Assembly (NCBI GenBank): GCA_004212135.1
Contig: RXIE01000128.1
Coordinates: 1 to 40,269 of the forward strand
Length of the DNA stretch: 40,269 nt
Source: Candidatus Methanophagales archaeon ANME-1-THS
GTDB lineage: Archaea; Halobacteriota; Syntropharchaeia; Alkanophagales; Methanospirareceae
Reading direction: 5' to 3'
In this document: positions 26,537-37,000 of the stretch, piece after piece
How positions within the stretch are numbered: the stretch's first letter is position 1
Layout: each line of letters starts with the position of its first letter
The notes under the pieces: generated by a model
The model's database searches: none
What the model saw: only the letters and a program-made list of their open reading frames with translations
Told to the model about the DNA's origin: nothing
Translations under genes and position numbers: made by a program

Positions 26537-27235
26537 ATGATAAGAAAGAATATCTCATTATACGAGGAAGATATGAAGAAGATGGAAAGAATAGTTGAGA
26601 AATACGAAGGGAACCTCAGCGCAGCGATGCGAGAAATCATCGGGTTCGCTCATTTCATGGAGCGGAGATTCGGCAGTCTTGAAGAGGCGAAGAAGATAGA
26701 AAAGAGAATTAAAGGCGTTTGCATTACGAATATGCTGCTGAACTGGTTTCTTATGTATACCGAGGCCTGTCTTCCGGACGAAAAAGTATTGAAATCTCTG
26801 GAGGATATTCATGCCATCACAAGGGTGTCGGACCTTGAGACCATTGCGGATATGGGCTTTGCCGTGGATATTAAAATAAGTGCAGATGATGACCAAAATC
26901 CTACGGAAGCAACGATTCGGGTATCCGGGGAAAGCATGCATGCAGAGTTCATAGCGAAACTCACCGCTTGTTTCCTCGCCGAGAACAAAGAGATGGTAGT
27001 GGAAGAGGTTTCTCGATTTCCTACATTCATCACGGTGAAGCTGAAAAGTAGCGGGGAGGTGGGACGAGAAACCATTTATAAAGTAATGAGGGATAGTTTG
27101 TTAAAATACTTCGGTGAACGGCATGTAATGATGCAGGAGCTATTGCATAAAGGGGTTTGGAATCCAATGATAACGTCCGTTACTGAATGGAATGATGTAC
27201 AGAGGTATAAGTATCCGCGGTTATACCGGTTTTAG
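26537..27235 (+). CDS. Hypothetical protein with ribbon-helix-helix-like N-terminus
   Basis: The ORF track starts at 26462 with an implausible Tyr/Phe-rich leader. I prefer ATG 26537 (MIRKNISLYEEDMKKMERIVEKYEGNLSAAMREII has a strand-helix-helix pattern). The rest is unrecognised. Confidence 0.4.
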   Translation: MIRKNISLYEEDMKKMERIVEKYEGNLSAAMREIIGFAHFMERRFGSLEEAKKIEKRIKGVCITNMLLNWFLMYTEACLPDEKVLKSLEDIHAITRVSDLETIADMGFAVDIKISADDDQNPTEATIRVSGESMHAEFIAKLTACFLAENKEMVVEEVSRFPTFITVKLKSSGEVGRETIYKVMRDSLLKYFGERHVMMQELLHKGVWNPMITSVTEWNDVQRYKYPRLYRF

Positions 27236-27298
27236 TTCATGAGAAAAGGACTAAAAGAATATCTTGCCAGTTGATGCTAAAGTTTGACATGGTCAATT

Positions 27299-27318
27299 TA
27301 CACAATTCTACACAATTC
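27299..27318. repeat. Perfect tandem duplication TACACAATTC x2 between convergent gene ends
   Basis: Read directly at 27299-27308 and 27309-27318. Confidence 0.6.
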
Positions 27319-27332
27319 GCACTTACAAGAAC

Positions 27333-28088
27333 TCACACTCTCCCTTTATAAATAATTTCTTTCACTTTCTCCCTCTGAGGTTTAATTGCATCAAAATCAA
27401 TGCTCTTATCCACTGCCACGAGGAATATAAACTCTGCAAATTTCTCAGTTACGATCATAACGCTGTTACTCCTCGTTATTATCTCTTCCATCTCACCTTT
27501 AAACATCCTCGTGCACTTCTCCGCCGCTTTCGTCATCAACGCGATCGCCGGTGATAGCGAGAGCATATCCTCAGTGCTAAACGAGCCAAAAAATTTGACC
27601 AATATGCCCTCTTTTGAGATCACGGCAGCGACATTTACTCCTTTGGTCTTAGCCAACTCCTTAAGCGCTCGCTCAAGTTCCGTATCCTCGGTGAGGCGAG
27701 GCACTTCTCTTTCCATCCGGTGCTTGTAAAGAGCTATCTCGACGGCAGCATGTAATTCCCTTTCGTTGAACGGTTTGACTAAATAACCGTAAGGCGCGGT
27801 CATCTTCGCTCGGCTCACGGTAGTTTCATCAGCATAAGCAGTGAGATATACCACCGGAATATCGAAACGGGCACGGATTTGTTTGGCAGCCTCTATGCCA
27901 TCCATGGTCCCTCGCAAAACGATATCCATCAGCACTAAATCAGGCTTTTTCTCGGCAGCTCGTTTAATTGCATCCTCACCGGACGCTGCGATTGCAGGCA
28001 CCTCATATCCTAACCCAGTGAGCATATCTTTAATGCTTTTGGCAACGATGCCTTCATCCTCAACAACGAGTATCCGCGGCTGCGACAT
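27333..28088 (-). CDS. Response regulator: CheY-like receiver fused to a Roadblock/LC7 (MglB-like) domain
   Basis: REC blocks: [31 protein letters not shown]. The C-terminal ~105 aa ([22 protein letters not shown]...[19 protein letters not shown]) fits the Roadblock/LC7 pattern. Confidence 0.75.
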   Translation of the reverse strand: MSQPRILVVEDEGIVAKSIKDMLTGLGYEVPAIAASGEDAIKRAAEKKPDLVLMDIVLRGTMDGIEAAKQIRARFDIPVVYLTAYADETTVSRAKMTAPYGYLVKPFNERELHAAVEIALYKHRMEREVPRLTEDTELERALKELAKTKGVNVAAVISKEGILVKFFGSFSTEDMLSLSPAIALMTKAAEKCTRMFKGEMEEIITRSNSVMIVTEKFAEFIFLVAVDKSIDFDAIKPQREKVKEIIYKGRV

Positions 28089-28110
28089 TGTCTGCTGACT
28101 TTTTATTTAT

Positions 28111-29610
28111 CTATAGTTCTACTTCTTCGAAGGTAATCTTAAATGTTGTACCGGTACCTCTGTCGAGCTCGATCGTTCCTTCAAGCTGTTCTACGAGCGT
28201 GATTACTAATTGCAAACCTAATGTCCCTGTGTTTCGGAAGTCCAAATCTCCCGGGAAGCCGATCCCGCTATCACGGACAGTCAACGTAAACGCATGATCA
28301 TTATTTGAACGGAGGCCAATACAGATTTCACCTTTCATGCTATCTGGAAAGGCATGTTTTAGGGAATTTGAAACAAGTTCGTTGATAATCAACCCGCAAG
28401 GAATTGCGGTATCAACGCCCACTAAAACATCCTGAGCATCGAGCTTCAGCTCAATGCGATCCCTTCCGACTCCATAGGAATAAAACAAATCAGTTGTTAA
28501 GTTTTGGATGTATTCAGCCATGTTAATCTTCGCCAGGTCTTTGAATTGATAGAGTTGATCGTGGATGAGAGCCATAGATTTGATGCGGTTCTGGCTTTCC
28601 CTGAACGTCTCGAATGCCTCGTTATCCTTGATATATTTGGACTGCAGGTTGAGCAAAGCAGAGATTATCTGCAAATTATTTTTGACCCGATGGTGTATTT
28701 CTCGCAGGAGGATCTCTTTTTCTCTGAGCGATGCTTTGATTAGCTCTTCCGCCCGCTTGCGATCGGTGATGTCCACCCCTGCCACAAGAATACTGGTTGG
28801 GTGATCTTCGTCATCATATAATACCTGTCCCGCTGAGAACAATATGGTGTGAATCGATCCGTCCTTCGTACAGATGTCAACCTCGGTCTCCGGGGTACAT
28901 TCGCCTCTAAAATTCTTCTCTAACTGTGCAGCCACGTTTTCCCGCTGCTCCGGAACAATAAAATCGAGCGCAGGTTTACCGGCAACCTCATCCTTTGAAT
29001 AACCTAACTCTTCCGTTGCTTTCTTATTAGCATCTTTTAAAAGCCCGTCTTTTCCAATTATCAAGCTTATAGAAGGGCTTTCTTGGTAGAGGAACCGGTA
29101 TTTACTCTCGGACTTCCGCAGCGCTTCCTCCGCATGCTTGCGCTCGGTGATGTCAATAGACAAACCGATGATGCCAATCACATCCCCCTTTAAGTCTCTG
29201 TAAGGTATCTTATCCGTCTGAGCCCATCTTATTCCTTCAGGAGTTTCAAAGGGTTCAATGATATATCTTTTGGGTTGTCCTGATGCTATTACCTCCATGT
29301 CGTCTCTGTGGTAACGTTCCGCCAGATTAGGAAGAACTTCAAAAACGGTTTTTCCTATCCAGTCCTCTTCAGATATCCCGATCCTATCCGTGAGGGCTTT
29401 ATTGACACGAATATATCGACCTAATTTATCTTTATAAAATATGTATGCTGGGACATTATCGAGAATAATTCGTAACTCTTCTCGCTGTTCTTGTAGCACC
29501 TTCTCCGCCTGCTTGCGCTCCTCTAAACATGTTTTCAACTCTTCAACCCGATGACGCAGGTCTACCAGGTCGTGAATAAGTTCTTCTCTTGTCTTATCTT
29601 CGTCTTTCAC
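28111..29610 (-). CDS. Cytoplasmic PAS/PAC sensor histidine kinase (HisKA_2/HWE-type)
   Basis: GTG start with GGGAGG 7 nt upstream. Coiled-coil N-terminus and two PAS/PAC modules. Phosphoacceptor EIHHRVKNNLQIISALLNLQS. ATPase blocks ELVSNSLKHAF, VRDSGIGFP and GTLGLQLV. No TM segment. Confidence 0.85.
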   Translation of the reverse strand: MKDEDKTREELIHDLVDLRHRVEELKTCLEERKQAEKVLQEQREELRIILDNVPAYIFYKDKLGRYIRVNKALTDRIGISEEDWIGKTVFEVLPNLAERYHRDDMEVIASGQPKRYIIEPFETPEGIRWAQTDKIPYRDLKGDVIGIIGLSIDITERKHAEEALRKSESKYRFLYQESPSISLIIGKDGLLKDANKKATEELGYSKDEVAGKPALDFIVPEQRENVAAQLEKNFRGECTPETEVDICTKDGSIHTILFSAGQVLYDDEDHPTSILVAGVDITDRKRAEELIKASLREKEILLREIHHRVKNNLQIISALLNLQSKYIKDNEAFETFRESQNRIKSMALIHDQLYQFKDLAKINMAEYIQNLTTDLFYSYGVGRDRIELKLDAQDVLVGVDTAIPCGLIINELVSNSLKHAFPDSMKGEICIGLRSNNDHAFTLTVRDSGIGFPGDLDFRNTGTLGLQLVITLVEQLEGTIELDRGTGTTFKITFEEVEL

Positions 29611-29653
29611 TTCTTAACCTCCCAAAAGCAAATTCACGTAAGTTCGGTTATCA

Positions 29654-29701
29654 GCTCTCCCTCACCGAGCCCGCGGTTCCAAACGGATATGGCTCAATTT
29701 T
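29654..29701 (-). pseudogene. 16-codon remnant of a paralogous NDP-sugar pyrophosphorylase gene
   Basis: The minus strand encodes K-I-E-P-Y-P-F-G-T-A-G-S-V-R-E-S bounded by stops. 29662-29695 matches 24133-24166 (the PEPVPLGTAGSVK region of the intact gene) at 29 of 34 positions by my alignment. Confidence 0.55.
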
Positions 29702-29886
29702 TTAATGTATAAGCGAAGCTATAGCACACATAAAATATTATTTGTGATTATTGTGTGAAGAATGATGGTAATGTTGAAAAATGGTCCTTTTGTGCCATAA
29801 AGATCTAAAAGAATTTGTCTATCCACTTTTCAGACCCAGAACTACACAGGTTATACTAATTATTCACAATGATTCTCAAATCTCTT

Positions 29887-29923
29887 TTTAGGCATGCTAT
29901 GACCAATTAAAATTTAGGCATGC
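29887..29923. repeat. Direct repeat TTTAGGCATGC x2 (26-nt spacing) upstream of ORF 29969
   Basis: Copies at 29887-29897 and 29913-29923. Each contains the GCATGC palindrome. They lie 46-82 nt upstream of ATG 29969. Confidence 0.5.
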
Positions 29924-29968
29924 AGGGTTTAACCACACCTCTTCTAAAATGGCGAAAGGGAAGAATAA

Positions 29969-30505
29969 ATGATGGCGAAAAAGAAAATCTCGTTCTTTGT
30001 GGTGAAACTTCGAGATCTTCTGAATAATAGCAGTATCTATGACAGACACTTCAGGAGTAAACCTGAGGAATGGAATGCTCTCAGTGTTACAATTGATACC
30101 CTGGAGGACACCTATCTCGCGCTGGAGCATGTCGAGACTTTTGGATTGGGAGACGAGATCGGTGAGAACTATCTAAAATTGTATGGATTATTACAGGCTG
30201 TGGTCATGCATCAGGATTCAATCCACCGGCTCTACCAAACCTTTTTAGGGCATGATTTACAACCTGATTCTGGTTCGGCCTGGATGAAAATAAGAGACCT
30301 CAGCAACTCAATCAAACGTTGCTTTATTTCCCGTTTTGACTTACAACGTAACAAAATTCGACTTTGGATTTGGGATAAGGATAAAGGAATAGACGAAATT
30401 GAGAAGGTTGATTTAAAGAACCTCTTTGAGTTATACAAATCAGAGGCTGCCAGCTATCTTAATAAAATTCACCAAGCACAGATTGAGAAGTATGGTGAAT
30501 TTTAA
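29969..30505 (+). CDS. Hypothetical protein
   Basis: ATG-ATG start in an AT-rich locus. No motif I can assign with confidence. Confidence 0.4.
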   Translation: MMAKKKISFFVVKLRDLLNNSSIYDRHFRSKPEEWNALSVTIDTLEDTYLALEHVETFGLGDEIGENYLKLYGLLQAVVMHQDSIHRLYQTFLGHDLQPDSGSAWMKIRDLSNSIKRCFISRFDLQRNKIRLWIWDKDKGIDEIEKVDLKNLFELYKSEAASYLNKIHQAQIEKYGEF

Positions 30506-30510
30506 AAGCC

Positions 30511-30539
30511 AAAATCGATCTGGCGATTTTGCTGTTTTT
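30511..30539 (+). terminator. Hairpin (AAAATCG-atctgg-CGATTTT) followed by a T5 run
   Basis: Read directly, 6 nt after the stop of ORF 29969..30505. Archaeal termination typically uses oligo-T tracts. Confidence 0.35.
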
Positions 30540-30947
30540 CAATCCTACCTTAGTCCGTATTTAACCCGGAAAACCGCCCCTTTTATGCCTTTTATCTGCT
30601 TACTGTCCCCCCTTTCATATACCTCAATCTGGGATATAAATAACCCTGCTACTATCCAACGATCCACGACAACTAACCTCCGCAAGCCGGAGTAAGGGGC
30701 TTAAAGAAAAGCTTTACCAAAAGGAGGTCTTTATAGGCGAAATGGAGGTGTTTTTAGATGACTGGAGGACCAGATGAGTAGACCTTAGCACTGCTTCGCA
30801 CCTGAGGAGGTCATTTTATATATTTGGCTCACAGCACGGGTAATCATCGGATCGAGAGTGACATGGATATCCTGATCGTCTCTGAGGTATGAACGGGCGG
30901 AAACGCACTATTGGAATCAACACAATTTTGGCATATACTATCCTTTT

Positions 30948-31880
30948 ATGAACAAAAATATATATATAATTATGCCAGAGCGAATACGAAAATGTCCAGA
31001 ATGCGGATCTAAAAACATAATAACGGATCATAAGCATGCAGAACTTTACTGCGCCGATTGTGGAGTGGTAATAGCAGAGAAGCTCGTGGACCTCGGACCC
31101 GAATGGCGTGCTTATGACGAAGAACAAGCCTCTAAAAGGATAAGAACAGGTCCACCCATGAGTTATCGAATCCATAATAAAGGGTTGGGTACACCCACGC
31201 CGAAGTCACTTGAGAGCACGAAGAGATTGCGCGGGATAATAAGTGATAGTGGTGAAAAAACCCTCGCCGTTGGACTTGGTGAGATTGATAGGATGGCTTC
31301 TGCACTCAACCTCCCAAATGATATTAAAGAAGCTGCTTCACTGTTATATCGTAAATCGGCGAAACAGAATTTAATTAAAGGACGGAGCATAGAAGAATTA
31401 GGTTCTGCGGTGCTGTACATTACATGCAGGCAGTATGGAGTTCCACGAACACTTAAGGAGATCGCAAAGGTATCAAGGATGCCGTTGAAGAAAATAAGGC
31501 GGGCGTATCTCTTCCTGTTAAAGAACCTCGGAATAAAACTTGCACCTCCTGATCCTGCACGCTATATCCCTCGTTTCTCCTCCGAACTGGGATTGAGTAA
31601 TGCAACGAGGGAACGAGCAATAGCACTAATGAGGGAGAGTAAGGGAATAGCAGTAGCCAAGGGATGGGGCCCGACAGGAATGGCGGCTGGAGCAATATAT
31701 CTCGCTGCGACTTTGGGTAGTGAGTCAGTCGCGGAAAAGGATGTAGCTAGGATTGCAGGTATAACGCCGATTACGCTTCGAAACAGGTATAAGGAATTGG
31801 AGAAGAGGTTTAAGTTAAATATAAATGCTCTATCCTCTTTGCCAGACAATGGGGACTGCTCTGTGGAAGCGATAACTTGA
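30948..31880 (+). CDS. tfb: Transcription initiation factor IIB (TFB)
   Basis: Zn ribbon CPECGS...CADCG, LGPEWRAYD linker, and two cyclin-fold repeats (RSIEELGSAVLYITCRQYGVPRTLKEIA; GWGPTGMAAGAIYLAATL). An alternative start at ATG 30972 (MPERIRKCPECG) would be leaderless relative to the TTTTATGA box at 30944-30951. Confidence 0.9.
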   Translation: MNKNIYIIMPERIRKCPECGSKNIITDHKHAELYCADCGVVIAEKLVDLGPEWRAYDEEQASKRIRTGPPMSYRIHNKGLGTPTPKSLESTKRLRGIISDSGEKTLAVGLGEIDRMASALNLPNDIKEAASLLYRKSAKQNLIKGRSIEELGSAVLYITCRQYGVPRTLKEIAKVSRMPLKKIRRAYLFLLKNLGIKLAPPDPARYIPRFSSELGLSNATRERAIALMRESKGIAVAKGWGPTGMAAGAIYLAATLGSESVAEKDVARIAGITPITLRNRYKELEKRFKLNINALSSLPDNGDCSVEAIT

Positions 31881-32331
31881 AAGAGCTCCCTTCGCTACTA
31901 TTACAGAGGTCATCTTAGATTTCGACTCAAGCAATACAGTGCTGTATTTTTGCCTAAACCAGAAAACCATCAGTTGAAATCAGTGGCGTTAGGGGTTTAA
32001 ACAAAGATAACGTTCGAAAAAGGTATGGAAAGCGATGAAATTCCATACGCCTCGGTTAAGGCGAAGCTGGAGGCGTATAGAAGAGGGTTTGGATTAAAAA
32101 CCCCCTATCTTTGGCAAATTTCAATTGCCTCTCAAAACCTCATACTCCTCAATTGAAGCAGAGATGAAAGAAGCAGTGAGAGGGGGTTGTAGAAAGTTAA
32201 CCTTCTTCGCTCTCGTTCGGAGGTGGAGATGGTATATTCTTCATATCAAGACCTAACTCCATATAACACGCAACTCCAACATTCTCATATCCCGGATTTG
32301 GTTAATTTTACGGGGGAGCTAGCAGTAAGCC

Positions 32332-32568
32332 ATGAACTATGTGGTGCGTAAAATTCGGCGAAGCGACCTCTTCTGCACATTGCTACAGATACCGCTCCTG
32401 ATTCTCCCAAAATCCATAAACTATGCCACCATCACGATCTTGACTTTGGGTGACGGGGTAGCCAGCCTTGCAGGAAAGTTAGTTGGAGGAATTCAGCTCC
32501 CATTTAATCTCAGGAAGACATTTGAAGAGACTTTAACAGGCTTTCTCTTTGCTCTTACAGTTTTGTAA
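32332..32568 (+). pseudogene. Fragment of a dolichol/phytol-kinase-family (CTP-dependent polyprenol kinase) gene
   Basis: LGDGVASLAGKLVGGIQLPFNLRKTFEETLTGFLFAL matches the GDG.A...G..G...LP.N..K(S/T)xEG block of this family. Only 78 codons are present. The end overlaps the PAP2 gene by 14 nt, and the 450 nt upstream has no ORF. Confidence 0.35.
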
Positions 32569-33217
32569 GGTGTGGCAGAACTTTATCGGCAATTTCCTTC
32601 TCATATCGGAGTACGATCTTCCCGGTTAGCCAGCCGAGTACAGCACCCACGATGACATCCAGTGGCCAGTGCACACCTATATAAATCCTGCTGAAACTTA
32701 CCACCACAGCCAAAGCCCAAAGAAATGGCTTCCAAAGTTTATCTTTTTTTCCCAGTATCGTGGCAGCGACGAAGACATTATTAGCATGTCCACTTGGAAA
32801 GCTATATCCGCTTTCCATCCCCAAAGTCCTTACCTCAGCAACAATCCAAAAGGGTCTTGCCCGGGGCAAAAGCTTAAACGGAAAAAGGATAAGGGTGCTA
32901 ATAATAACTCCTGCGACTAACAGGACCGCCTCATTTCTTCTATTCCAGACCCACAATAAAACAGCGACAACTAACCAAAACATCGTAGCTCCAGTATACG
33001 TTACGAGGCTGAAAAACAGATCAGCAGGTGGAAAAGCAAGTGTTCGATTTACAAATTTGAAACCTGCCAGGTCCAATGAAGCTATCCAGGACGGGAAGAT
33101 TTCTCTACTTCCGGTAAAATAGCTTAGTAAAAATTCATCAACGAGCTCGATAACTAAAAATAGAAGAATAAAACCAAGAATTGCTTTCCAACCCCCCAGT
33201 TTCCTTTCTTCCTTCAT
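32555..33217 (-). CDS. PAP2-family membrane phosphatase (polyprenyl-diphosphate / phosphatidate phosphatase type)
   Basis: Motifs KLLPRARP (Kx6RP), SFPSGH and SRIYIGVHWPLDV (SRx5Hx3D), plus several TM helices. The ORF-track start 33256 is GTG; I prefer ATG 33217 (MKEERKLGGWKAIL). Confidence 0.8.
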   Translation of the reverse strand: MKEERKLGGWKAILGFILLFLVIELVDEFLLSYFTGSREIFPSWIASLDLAGFKFVNRTLAFPPADLFFSLVTYTGATMFWLVVAVLLWVWNRRNEAVLLVAGVIISTLILFPFKLLPRARPFWIVAEVRTLGMESGYSFPSGHANNVFVAATILGKKDKLWKPFLWALAVVVSFSRIYIGVHWPLDVIVGAVLGWLTGKIVLRYEKEIADKVLPHLTKL

Positions 33218-33316
33218 AGTGGAATATTCCTTATGATCTTCCAGATTCGATAACACTGTTATCGAACAATTTAAGGGCTATTATTTTCTCAAGACGAGTT
33301 TTCATACATAGCGGCG

Positions 33317-33697
33317 TTGATAGCTGTAATTCTCGTTGCGCGGGGATATTATTTAGCCGATCCTTTTACATCCGTAATCTTGGCCACAATAATCGCCTTG
33401 AGCGGGGTATATCTCTTTAAAGGTAATGTCCACTACCTTGTGGGCAAGGCGCCGAGGAGGGAGTTTATGGAAAAAGTGGAAATCAAGGCAAAGTCAGTGA
33501 AAGGTGTTCTGGGCGTTCATGACTTGATAGCTGAGTACGGAGGACCAAACATAGTTCACACAGGCTTTCACATTGAGGTGGCTAAGGGCACCCCGATAGA
33601 AGAGGCAGATAGAATAGCGGAAGAAGTTAAGGAAAGAGTTAGTCGAGAAACGGGTTGTCAGCATTGTGTAATTCACGTAGATCCGGTCAAAATTTAA
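33317..33697 (+). pseudogene. 3' fragment of a cation-diffusion-facilitator (CDF) transporter gene
   Basis: This TTG-initiated ORF contains only the last TM helix (LADPFTSVILATIIALSG) and the cytoplasmic C-terminal domain (VKGVLGVHDLIAEYGGPNIVHTGFHIEV...EEADRIAEEVKERV). TM1-5 are missing. There is an in-frame stop 15 codons upstream at 33272. Confidence 0.6.
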
Positions 33698-34097
33698 AAG
33701 AGCATGCCTTGCTTTAAAGTTAAAAAAGGAATGATTTGGTCAACACTTTTACAATAAGTGCAACTTATCACAACTTGAAATTAACCCTAAGTTCTCTTAG
33801 TAACACCTGTGTGGTGGGAACGTACCTATCCTTATCACGATTCGATTGCACTATCTTGATCTTTTTGTCAAGGAAACCACTATCCAGCACCATCAGGTTT
33901 GAAACTTCGCTGATTCGTAATCCGCACCAATTCCCCACCCATCGCTTGATATACCATTGCTTTCATTATCATAGATGGTATACCCGGAAATGGCTGCCAA
34001 CTGACGTTTCGACTCTTCCTAATCGTGTGGAGATAACTAACCACCTGTTTTAAGTATATAATATCCATCTATTTTTGAAGAGAGAATAGGTAGGCGG

Positions 34098-37000
34098 ATG
34101 CAGGTCTTACATGCGACGTGGGATAAAGACAGACTTTATCTCTGGGCGGAATCTTCTAACCTGCCACTGAGTGCCGCGGGGCATCGCGGTCGGCGGCCCG
34201 AAGCGAAGAAGCCCAAATCAAGAGCACATCCTTTTGCTCTCGCCAGCGATGAGTTAAGAGAAGTTATTGAAAGCATCTTCGAGCATGTGATTTATGAAAC
34301 TGCAGCGTCTGAAAAGAAGACACTTCTCTTACCTTCGACTCAAAAAGGTCCACTGCCATCACCCTGGCTGATTCGAGAGGAGGATTACAGCGCTGAGAAA
34401 GCAACCGGGTTAGCGGGTTGGGAGATTGAGACCCTGGCTTTTGACCCCTATTTAGCATTCGATTTCTTACTCGGGCTACCAGAACAGCCTCCTCGTGGTC
34501 TTACTTTCGGCAGTTCACTTCAATTCTGGATAGAAGTAGCCAAGTTCTCACTTGAACTCATTGCGAGACAGCAATTTATACCTTCAATTCGAGTGGCTAA
34601 ACATGACGGTTCCGCAACCGCTTTCTTTCGGGCTGCCTGGGAGGCAGTTATCACCGAGAATGACGAAGAACGAGTGCATCTACTGGCAGAGGTAATGCCT
34701 CCATGCTGCCGAGCATTTCCCGAGAAAGATAAATCGCAGTTACTATCCCCAGCGAACTTGATCTTGAGTTTTATCAATCGAACCATTGACGCATTTATAC
34801 GCAAAAGTTTAGTCTCCATCTCGCTCCTGCCACACGGTCGTGGTCGCCGCCCCAAAGTTGTCCCCTTACCGGAACAATGGCTTCGAGCTCTTTCAACTGA
34901 CAATCCTGCTCTTGTAGCATCATGGGAGGAACTAAATGCCTTTTGTAAGGAGATGCAGGCATGGCTCGCTCAACTTCAGCCTGCTGCGCCGGATGCACCG
35001 TTCCGCACTTGTTTTAGACTAGATTCGCCATTTAATTCGGGCGAAGAAGAAAAAGGAGAAGAATGGAAGGTTCGTTTTTTCCTCCAGGCAAAGGAAGACC
35101 GAAGTCTGCTGGTTCCTGCTGAGGAGGTATGGAAAACGAGGTCACCCACACTTACTTTCCTCAAACGAAGGTTTAAAAACCCACAGGAACAATTGCTCGC
35201 CGACCTCGGTAAAGCATCCCGGGTTATCCCTCTTGTAGAGCAGAGTTTGCAAACTGCATGTCCTGTAGGAGTGGAACTGAACACAGAGCAAGCTTATTCC
35301 TTTTTGCGACACTCAGCACCCCTTCTGGAACAGAGTGGCTTCGGCGTCCTCCTCCCATCGTGGTGGGAAAAACCAGGTGCACGTATTGGCGTAAAACTCC
35401 GGTTGAAGCCTGCATCAGAGGGAAGTGGCAAAGTGGTAACTTCAGGGCTTCTTGGTGTCAAAGGCATCGTCGCTTATGACTGGGAAGTGGCTATTGGAGA
35501 TGAAACGCTTTCAGAGGCTGAATTCGAGCAGTTAGCAAGTTTGAAGGTCCCCTTAGTTCAGGTACGGGGGCAGTGGGTGGAATTGCGACCCGAGGATGTG
35601 GAAGCTGCTATCGAATTCTTCAAGCATAAGCACGGCAGCGGCGAGATGACCTTGGGAGAGGCGATGCAACTTGGACTGGGCGCAGGCGTCGAGGGTGTGG
35701 AAACCGAACTGGGGCTTCCCGTAGTGGACGTGAAGGCAGAGGGCTGGCTCGAAGATATGTTAAGCGGTCTTTCTGAAGGGCTTAAAATAACACCTGTTAA
35801 GACGCCTCGGACCTTCCAAGGCAACCTTCGCCCTTATCAGGCAAAAGGCGTTTCCTGGCTCGCGTACCTCACCAAATTCGGGTTTGGTGCTTGTTTAGCG
35901 GACGATATGGGACTTGGTAAGACCATCCAGCTAATCGCTCTTCTTTTGCATGAACGAGAAGGTAAAAGTGAAAAGAAGCCCGCTCCAACACTCCTGATCA
36001 GCCCAATGTCAGTGGTGGGCAACTGGCAGAGGGAGGTTGAACGTTTCGCACCCTCGCTTAGAGTCATGGTTCATCACGGCGCAGATAGAATTACCGGCAA
36101 AAACTTCGTTAGGGATGCGAAAAAGCACGACCTTGTCATCAGCACGTATGCACTGGCGCATCGAGATGAAGAGACACTTTCCACGGTTCAATGGCGGCAC
36201 GTCGTGCTTGACGAAGCACAGAATATTAAAAACCCGGCTGCTAAACAGACGCAGGCGATAAAGAAAATCAAAGCTGAATATAGGATCGCACTCACCGGGA
36301 CGCCAGTAGAAAACCGCCTCTCCGAGCTCTGGTCCATTATGGACTTCCTCAACCCTGGCTACTTGAAATCCGCAGAACATTTCCGCACGAACTTCGTTCT
36401 GCCCATTGAGAAATATCGAAACAAGGAGCGTGCAGAGATGCTTCGTCGCATAATTCAGCCATTTGTCCTTCGACGTGTGAAGACAGATCCTACAATTATA
36501 CAGGATTTACCTGAGAAGATGGAGATGAAGGTCTACTACAACCTCACGCGCGAGCAGGCATCACTTTACGAAGCGGTAGTTGCGGAGATGCTCGATAAAA
36601 TCGCGGTATCAAAAGGAATCGAGCGTAAAGGGCTGGTGCTGGCTACTTTGATGAAACTAAAACAGATCTGTAATCACCCTGCGTTGTTCCTCCAGGACGG
36701 CAGTCCCTTGTTAGGCCGTTCCGGAAAGCTTACCAGATTGGAGGAGATGCTTGAAGAAGTGCTTGCAGAAGGCGACAAAGCACTAATTTTCACGCAGTTC
36801 GCGGGAATGGGCGTTATGTTGCGGCACTATTTACAGGAGAAGCTGGGATGTGAGGCGTTGTTCTTGCACGGGGGCACACCAAAGAAGCAGCGTGATGCCA
36901 TGATCCAGCGTTTCCAGAACGACCATTATGGACCACCACTATTCGTTCTCTCACTAAAAGCAGGCGGGTTTGGCCTCAACTTGACTGCTGCGAACCATGT

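Noticed and set aside
30715-30830. Cluster of four GGAGG motifs within ~100 nt upstream of TFB; I considered a small RNA or C/D-box sRNA.
   Set aside because: No proper C (RUGAUGA) and D (CUGA) box pair is present, and only trivial mini-ORFs follow the GGAGG motifs. There is no repeat structure.
33736-34068. ORFs 33736..34053 (+) and 33880..34068 (-) in the junction before the SNF2 gene; I considered a transposase remnant.
   Set aside because: The plus-strand ORF is low-complexity with no start context. The minus-strand peptide has no motif I can tie to any IS family. I treat this region as non-coding or decayed DNA.
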